Assembly: GCF_037042905.1 (NCBI RefSeq)
Contig: NC_087258.1
Location: forward strand, 24,552,001 to 24,616,000
Reading direction: 5' to 3'
DNA: 64,000 bases
Source of the DNA: Lytechinus pictus
Lineage: Eukaryota
Shown in pieces: positions 61,401-64,000 of the stretch; positions within the stretch are counted from its first letter, which is position 1; the number at the start of each line of letters is the position of its first letter. The notes under the pieces were generated by a model, which was given only the letters and a program-made list of their open reading frames with translations, made no database searches and was not told the origin of the DNA. The position numbers and the translations under genes are program-made.

Positions 61401-63161
61401 CCAATAATTGATGTAAGAAAACTACAACGTAATTGCATGTCTGTCTGTGAACCATTATTAGAGAAACCCTCTGGAGCATTGTTCAGGGTTTGTGTTGGTG
61501 CCAGTAATGGCTGATGACACTCAACGCTCAGGGCTTCCAATGGGGAAACTCTGTAAAGTCATTCATGGATATGGGCCTTAAATGGCACTCTTTTTAGAGC
61601 ATGGCTTAATGTTTTTGATGGTGCCCTATAATAGCTGTTGACACTTAATGCGCAGTGGTTCCAGATTTGTTAATAGGCCATAAAAGCCAATTGGTCATAC
61701 ATGTAGATGATTTGGATATGGGCCTGCTGACATTATGTAAAACTGGTCCAACGACTTCAACATCTTTGTTATCCTATTATTTGAACTCTTGATGCGTAGA
61801 GTTAATAGATGTAAAATAAATAGGTCGTAGAACGAATGGTTGAAGATCATTCGGAGATTGTTGATACTACATGTAGATGAAGGTTTAACTTTTCTTCGGA
61901 CCTGAATATTTTGTTGTTTCCTTTCAGTTGGACATCCTTAGCCACGAACTGGATGGCTCTAAGACAATGATCTCTAACAGTCAGCTAGATATTCTCAAGT
62001 TACAAGCAGAAAACAAAAGGGTAAGTTTGATAATGTTTGTGTCATTTGAGATGTTGAGATAGTGTGGGGTGTGAATATTTTTAACAATTTACAGAAATGA
62101 TAGGTCGCTACATATTGTGTCAAGAATCTTCTATCTTCTGTCTATCAAAATTTGATAGGCCTATTTTTCACAATCTTGAGAAATTGAGATTTTTGGTGTA
62201 AATATTTCAAATAGAAATGATAGTTGTGTCAAGACTGTTATGCAAGTCAAAATTGGATATTTCTTGGATACAACAATTGCCTTTTCTTCCTTCATGCTGC
62301 TATTTGACTTATGTACACCAACAATGCTGACGTTTTTACAGATATAATGAAACAAATCACAGGAAAGTTTAAGGCACATATTAAAAACTTTTTGAAAACT
62401 ATTCATTCTCCTTCAAAAATCATAGATAATGATCATTTAAAGAAATAATAGTCGCAGTAGAGTAAAAATCGGCTTCAAGTTGCAGCTGATGATGACATTA
62501 CAATTTGGAATAAAATTTGCTTTTATTCCTACAGGGAGGCTCAAACTAGATTGAATTTCGAATTCAGTAGTCCTACTACTATTCTAAACTCTGATTGTAC
62601 GACAGTACGACAATACGCCAGACGATGGCCTGCACTTATAGAGAAGAAGAAGAAGATTGCTAAGATTTCATTGGTTGGAATGTTCATATCAAATGTTATT
62701 TACACTTTCTTGGAAATTCAAATTGCAATAAATTGTGTGCCGGGATTTACATGTAGTACACTAATTAAGATCAATGGTGATTTGAGCTTAATTGATTTGA
62801 ACCTATCGCAGCTCTTTGTAAGACAGAGCCATGAATGTTATAACGGCACTTTATACATAGCAAAGGAGCTTTAACGGTTTTGTCCTCTTTATGTTTGGGT
62901 TGATAGATTTTGAATACCTCCAGCTCCGAGAGGGAAAAGTTTGAGGAGCAGCTCAAGGTGGAGCAGAGCTTCCTCGGCAAGGAGGTGGGCCGTCACAGGG
63001 AGACCATCGGAGACCTGGAGCGCTTGGTGGAGGGACTGAAGAAGGATCGGGACGTACTGGCCCATGAGCTCCAGGCGATGATCAGCAAGGAGCAGAAGCA
63101 CAAGGAGTGGCTGGGGTCTGTGGACCTTCTGGAGAAACAGAATAGGGAAATTTCTGATAAG
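34584..63161 (+). CDS. CCDC30: Long coiled-coil protein, CCDC30-like, 3'-incomplete. Exons 34584-34754, 36042-36200, 38825-38968, 39446-39623, 41223-41356, 55044-55163, 58097-58210, 58581-58808, 61928-62020, 62907-63161
   Basis: Ten AG/GT-bounded exons join in one open frame (1596 nt; intron phases 0,0,0,1,0,0,0,0,0) and encode E/K/L/Q-rich heptads. The N-terminal blocks LWKLY..QAEEMKEVELYVENIRKLSEEREALTQEFEAENE and EG..LA..SPSEALAYFLVERTRL match my recollection of long CCDC30-family proteins. The exon structure is well supported, the symbol less so. An acceptor at 34578-34579 implies an upstream exon. Confidence 0.8.
35100..35435. repeat. Interspersed repeat made of short TTCGTCTAA/TTGGTCTAA units, inverted in the second half
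   Basis: A homologous copy at about 45175-45553 is inserted in a GAA/GGA-rich tract. Confidence 0.75.
35595..35830 (-). mobile_element. L2-like LINE 3' end fragment
   Basis: The minus strand reads GDRAFACAAPKL, the L2 ORF2 C-terminal motif, followed by a GCGCTATATAAAT-type tail. Confidence 0.6.
39652..39836. mobile_element. 185-bp MITE with 6-bp TSD
   Basis: TIR CAGGGGTGTGAG/CTCACACCCCTG; TTCTAG on both sides (39646-39651 and 39837-39842). Confidence 0.88.
39844..40078. repeat. Intronic inverted repeat (~105-bp arms, 25-nt loop) derived from a copy of the 5' end of exon 41223-41356
   Basis: Perfect 41-bp inner stem (39908-39948 with 39974-40014); outer arms CTAGTTCTAATTTACACTTAGC and GCTAAGTGTAAATTAGAACTAG. 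Confidence 0.92.
42662..43376. repeat. Local direct duplication of ~300 bp (about 42662-42957 and 43070-43376)
   Basis: Both copies contain GAACTCAGAATATTTG..GAAGACCCCAAATATCAAGCCC..GGGCACAATGCATTAGAGTACTAATCCTCCATCATTAAGTCA..GGATAACATTG. Confidence 0.9.
46645..46658. promoter_or_regulatory. RFX X-box-like motif in the largest CCDC30-like intron
   Basis: GTTGCCATGGCAGC matches the palindromic X-box GTTGCCATGGCAAC at 13 of 14 positions and lies in non-repetitive-looking sequence. Confidence 0.45.
50394..52919. mobile_element. Second copy of the 185-bp MITE, split by nested insertions
   Basis: Left part (50394-50455) and right part (~52786-52919) match 39652-39836; 6-bp TSD ATTAAT on both sides. 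Confidence 0.85.
50670..52773. mobile_element. Non-autonomous hAT element (nested)
   Basis: TIR CAGGGTTG/CAACCCTG; perfect 8-bp TSD CATTGGGT (50662-50669 and 52774-52781); subterminal AAAACGTTTT-type repeats at both ends. Confidence 0.9.
54690..54970 (+). mobile_element. tRNA-derived SINE, near full length
   Basis: Head has A box TGGTTTAGTGG, anticodon-like arm CCCTCATCTTTCAATCTGAGGG and B box GGTTTGATTCC. Body ACCCAGGTGAGGTAAATGGGTACCGGCAGG. The tail GCACCTAACAAGGTGGATATGTGCGC also occurs at about 15600-15710 (+) and 21925-21982 (-). Confidence 0.85.
55771..56952 (+). mobile_element. Helentron/HINE (DINE-1-like) non-autonomous element carrying about 5.5 tandem ~163-bp units
   Basis: Starts in a T run. 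The 5' subTIR GTCTCGCCTGCAT has an adjacent inverted GCGAGAC, and the 3' subTIR ATGCAGGCGAGAC lies about 20 nt from the TT end. Unit marker CATC(A/C)TAACT recurs at 55880, 56072, 56235, 56398, 56561 and 56722. Confidence 0.8.
59555..59833. mobile_element. Palindromic MITE (PIF/Harbinger-like), copy 2
   Basis: Long TIRs GGGCCCCGTCTTACAAAGAGTTACGATTGATCCAATCAATC and the reverse complement; homologous to 4173-4443. Confidence 0.85.
60020..60640. repeat. Minisatellite, about 7 copies of a ~87-bp unit
   Basis: The unit ATCCTGCACCATATTTCCCTTCCCCTCGGATAATAGTGTGAACAGAAAGCATAGTGCACAAGAAGAGTC.. recurs near 60024, 60117, 60205, 60291, 60378, 60467 and 60555. Confidence 0.93.
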
Positions 63162-64000
63162 GTAGGTCCAGTAGAAGATTTTTTATTCAGGATTGTAGCT
63201 TTAAAATTTGTAAATATCAGGTTTTTTAGCTTTAATACAAGGACTTGATTGGCTCTAGAGACTTTCTAGAGAAACAGAATAGAGAACTATCGGATAAGGT
63301 AGGTCCAATTAAAGATTTCATTCAGAATATAAACACTAGTTCTTACATGTAGAATTTATGGAGCGGAAGCAGAAGCAGTGGCGGGGCTCAGTGGACCTTC
63401 TTGAGTAACAGAATAAAGAAATTTCTTATAGGGTGGGTCCAAATAGAAGATTTCATTCAGAACGTTAGCACTACATATAGGTCTTTGAAGCGTCAGCTTC
63501 TTACGTGTAGCTTTTGATTATTTATTGAGACTATAGTTTACAGAGAGTTGATTGTCTCTGTAGACCTTTGCGAAAACAGAAACGGGAACCCCCTGATAAG
63601 GTTATTTCAATAAAGGATTCAAAGCAAGGTAAATGAGGGATGGCATGGGGGTGGGGAGAGGGGGATGTAGGGGGGTTACGGGGTAAAAAAACCCAGAGAG
63701 AATCGAAAGTGGAAAACCAAATTAAGAAGACGTGTAACTGTAGAAAAGAATCACACTGGAACACAGGCACACACTCGCACACAGGCACACCCAAACAGAG
63801 AATATTTGCCTCAGAGAGATTCTAAATGAGTAGAAGAGAGAGTTATAAAAAGACCAAAAAAAAAGGTGATAAATTCGACAAATTTGAAATGGACAGTAGA
63901 AGCAAGGTGCAAGGTGGAGAAAATACTGAATCGAAGATTTATAATAAACGATGATCCATCATTCGATCAATTAGCAGGTGTTTTCATGTCCAGTCAAGAA

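Noticed and set aside
63640-64000. Purine-rich stretch as a further CCDC30-like exon
   Set aside because: I found no clear pyrimidine-tract acceptor, and stops interrupt the frames. The next exon probably lies beyond the window.

Overview
This is AT-rich, repeat-dense, intron-containing animal genomic DNA, not prokaryotic. The repeat families and gene content suggest an invertebrate deuterostome such as a sea urchin, which is an inference. The left half (5.5-27.2 kb) holds a tandem array of four intact, same-strand, two-coding-exon apolipoprotein D-like lipocalin genes. They share a signal peptide, four Cys and the GxWY, xDY and WxxAR motifs, but have very different C-terminal tails. Gene 1 has a ~100-aa RPRPSEGTD/RPRPSENPDTE higher-order repeat, genes 2 and 4 have acidic tails, and gene 3 has an aliphatic tail whose stop codon lies in a transposon TTAA target site. 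The intron position also differs between gene 1 and genes 2-4. The right half (34.6-63.2 kb, continuing past the window) holds at least 10 phase-consistent exons (532 codons) of a long coiled-coil gene resembling CCDC30. Its introns carry several degenerate copies of its own exon boundaries, including a pseudo-exon folded into a hairpin with an antisense copy, and there are candidate internal first exons near an RFX X-box. The rest is MITEs (hAT-, Harbinger- and Kolobok-like), a Helentron-like satellite carrier rich in AGGTCA motifs, SINE/LINE fragments, micro- and minisatellites, and assembly gaps. All family assignments come from motif recognition by eye; no searches were run.
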